Assembly: GCA_949358305.1 (NCBI GenBank)
Contig: OX442314.1
Span: 16,864,001 to 16,928,000 of the forward strand
Source: Strigamia acuminata
Taxonomy: Eukaryota
Length of the DNA stretch: 64,000 bases
Direction of reading: 5' to 3'
The notes under the pieces were generated by a model. The model was not told the origin of the DNA. It was given only the letters and a program-made list of their open reading frames with translations, and made no database searches. Shown piece after piece: positions 62,430 through 64,000 of this stretch. The first letter of the stretch is position 1. Each line of letters opens with the position of its first letter. The translations under genes were made by a program, and so were the position numbers.

Positions 62430-64000
62430 GAGTCTGAAAAGGAAGATGGTGGGTTTCTGAAATTAAAAACAATGATTATTTTGTAGGCAAAAAAAATAAT
62501 TTTTTTTACCGATTAATTCCTCATCTTGAACTTTCCATGCCATCCATCGTACATCTGTATACCAATCAATTACTATCTCATCAATATAATGAATGAATAA
62601 CAAAACTTGCCTATTTGCAGGAGCAGATGATTTACTCTCTGGTACTTGATCCGCCACTGCTTCCAGGACTCCAACCGCCAAATTATGACAACCCGGGCCC
62701 AGTTGTATGTCCTCATCAACATCAGCCTAAAATTAAAAACATAATCGGATTAAATAAATCCTTCGGTAAAAATGTCACCTTGTACCATGCTCAATTTCAA
62801 TTTTTGTGGATCGATGCGACTGCTGTTTTTACTGCCAACTGTATTCCAACCGTCCTCACCCATGCTTGATCCGCCACCCATACCTCCAAAACCACAAACA
62901 AACCGGCCGTGAGAATAATTTACACGCAGCTAAATAAGATTTTTACTTTTTCGTTTATCTTCAATTCGTTGGTGAGATTGAGGTTGAGTTAAAGACATTT
63001 CTTTTTCCAAAACTTCTCTTTCCGCTTTTACATGAATTTGATCGGAAGTTTTTAGATTACCGTCATCTCTTCTAGGGACCCAATTATTTTGTCGCAAATC
63101 GATGACATCTTGCAACATGAAATAAACTCTCGGCGATGTTTGTCGTTTATTAATAATTTCCTTCATCATGTGAATGTAAGAGTTCATCTTATCACCCTAC
63201 AAAAAATGAACATAAACACCGCCAATTTTTTAAAATTGTAGTTCAATTTTCACTTGCCACTGGTTCTTTATTATTGCTTTTGCTCTTCTCTGGATCAATG
63301 TCCTTTCCGATAATTGTTAACAATATGCACAAACATTCTAATGAATCGTCATCTTCCTGATTGAGCAATTTTTTTAGGCAAATATGCATGATGGTAGCAG
63401 TGAGCATACGCAACTTAAAAAGTTCGCCAATAAATCTACGCGAAATAAAGAAACATTATTTTCTAGAACTATTTTCGACAATCAACACGATAAATTATTC
63501 AACCTGATATTCCCTAGCGATCTCCTTTTCGCTTTTCTTTCCAAATCCTCCAATTCTTCGTCCAATTCACGTTTCTTAGCTTCATCCTATAACAATAACA
63601 TTCGTTTCGTTATTCACATGCTGCCTTAAAAACCCCCTCAATATTCTCACATCAAGAAACATTTTCTTGGCTCTCTTGATTCTCGCAACATCATCGGCAG
63701 TGTCTCTTTCAAATTCCTTCTGGCATTTATTGAGCAGTAATTTACGAAAGTTTACAAAGTCATTATCTTGATTTCCTGTAGGGACTTTTTTCATAGCTAG
63801 ACATTTGCATAAGTAAGCAACACTAAAATTAGGTTCATCTAATGCCTGGAAAAAAATTGACACAAAGTCAACAATAATTCTACTTGGCAAAACAAATACC
63901 TACTTACTTTTTCAAATACTAAGTCAATAACACCCATTAGCCTCTCTTCAGTGTCTATACTTAAATCGTTTACTTTTTTCGATAATGTGTTAAACTTCTG
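62430..64000 (-). pseudogene. eIF4G: Degenerate, 3'-truncated eIF4G copy (MIF4G exons), continuing beyond the window
   Basis: [73 protein letters not shown]. Later exons show a missing AG acceptor (~62908), frameshifts (62611-62726) and stops; no MA3 or W2 exons follow. Confidence 0.75.

Overview
AT-rich, intron-dense animal DNA. It is most likely a compact-genome arthropod, inferred from the arthropod-type Prospero N-terminus and typical 50-90 nt introns. Left to right: the tail of an unknown ORF; a divergent Sp/KLF-like zinc-finger gene (-); CPSF2 (+); DLST (-); prospero (+), head-to-head with DLST across ~15 kb of motif-rich non-coding DNA and carrying a U12 AT-AC intron; a decayed ORF; three tandem genes with unrelated low-complexity N-terminal exons spliced in phase 1 onto a shared 12-16-Cys exon (the best candidate for an undescribed family); a MITE; ATG2 (-); PDE6D (+, U12 GT-AG intron); NDUFB5 (-); SPAG7 (+); a 567-aa unassigned ORF (-); and a degenerate, truncated eIF4G copy (-) running off the window end. 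Gene models were assembled by eye from splice signals and recalled protein motifs. No searches were run, and chance expectations are my own rough base-composition estimates.
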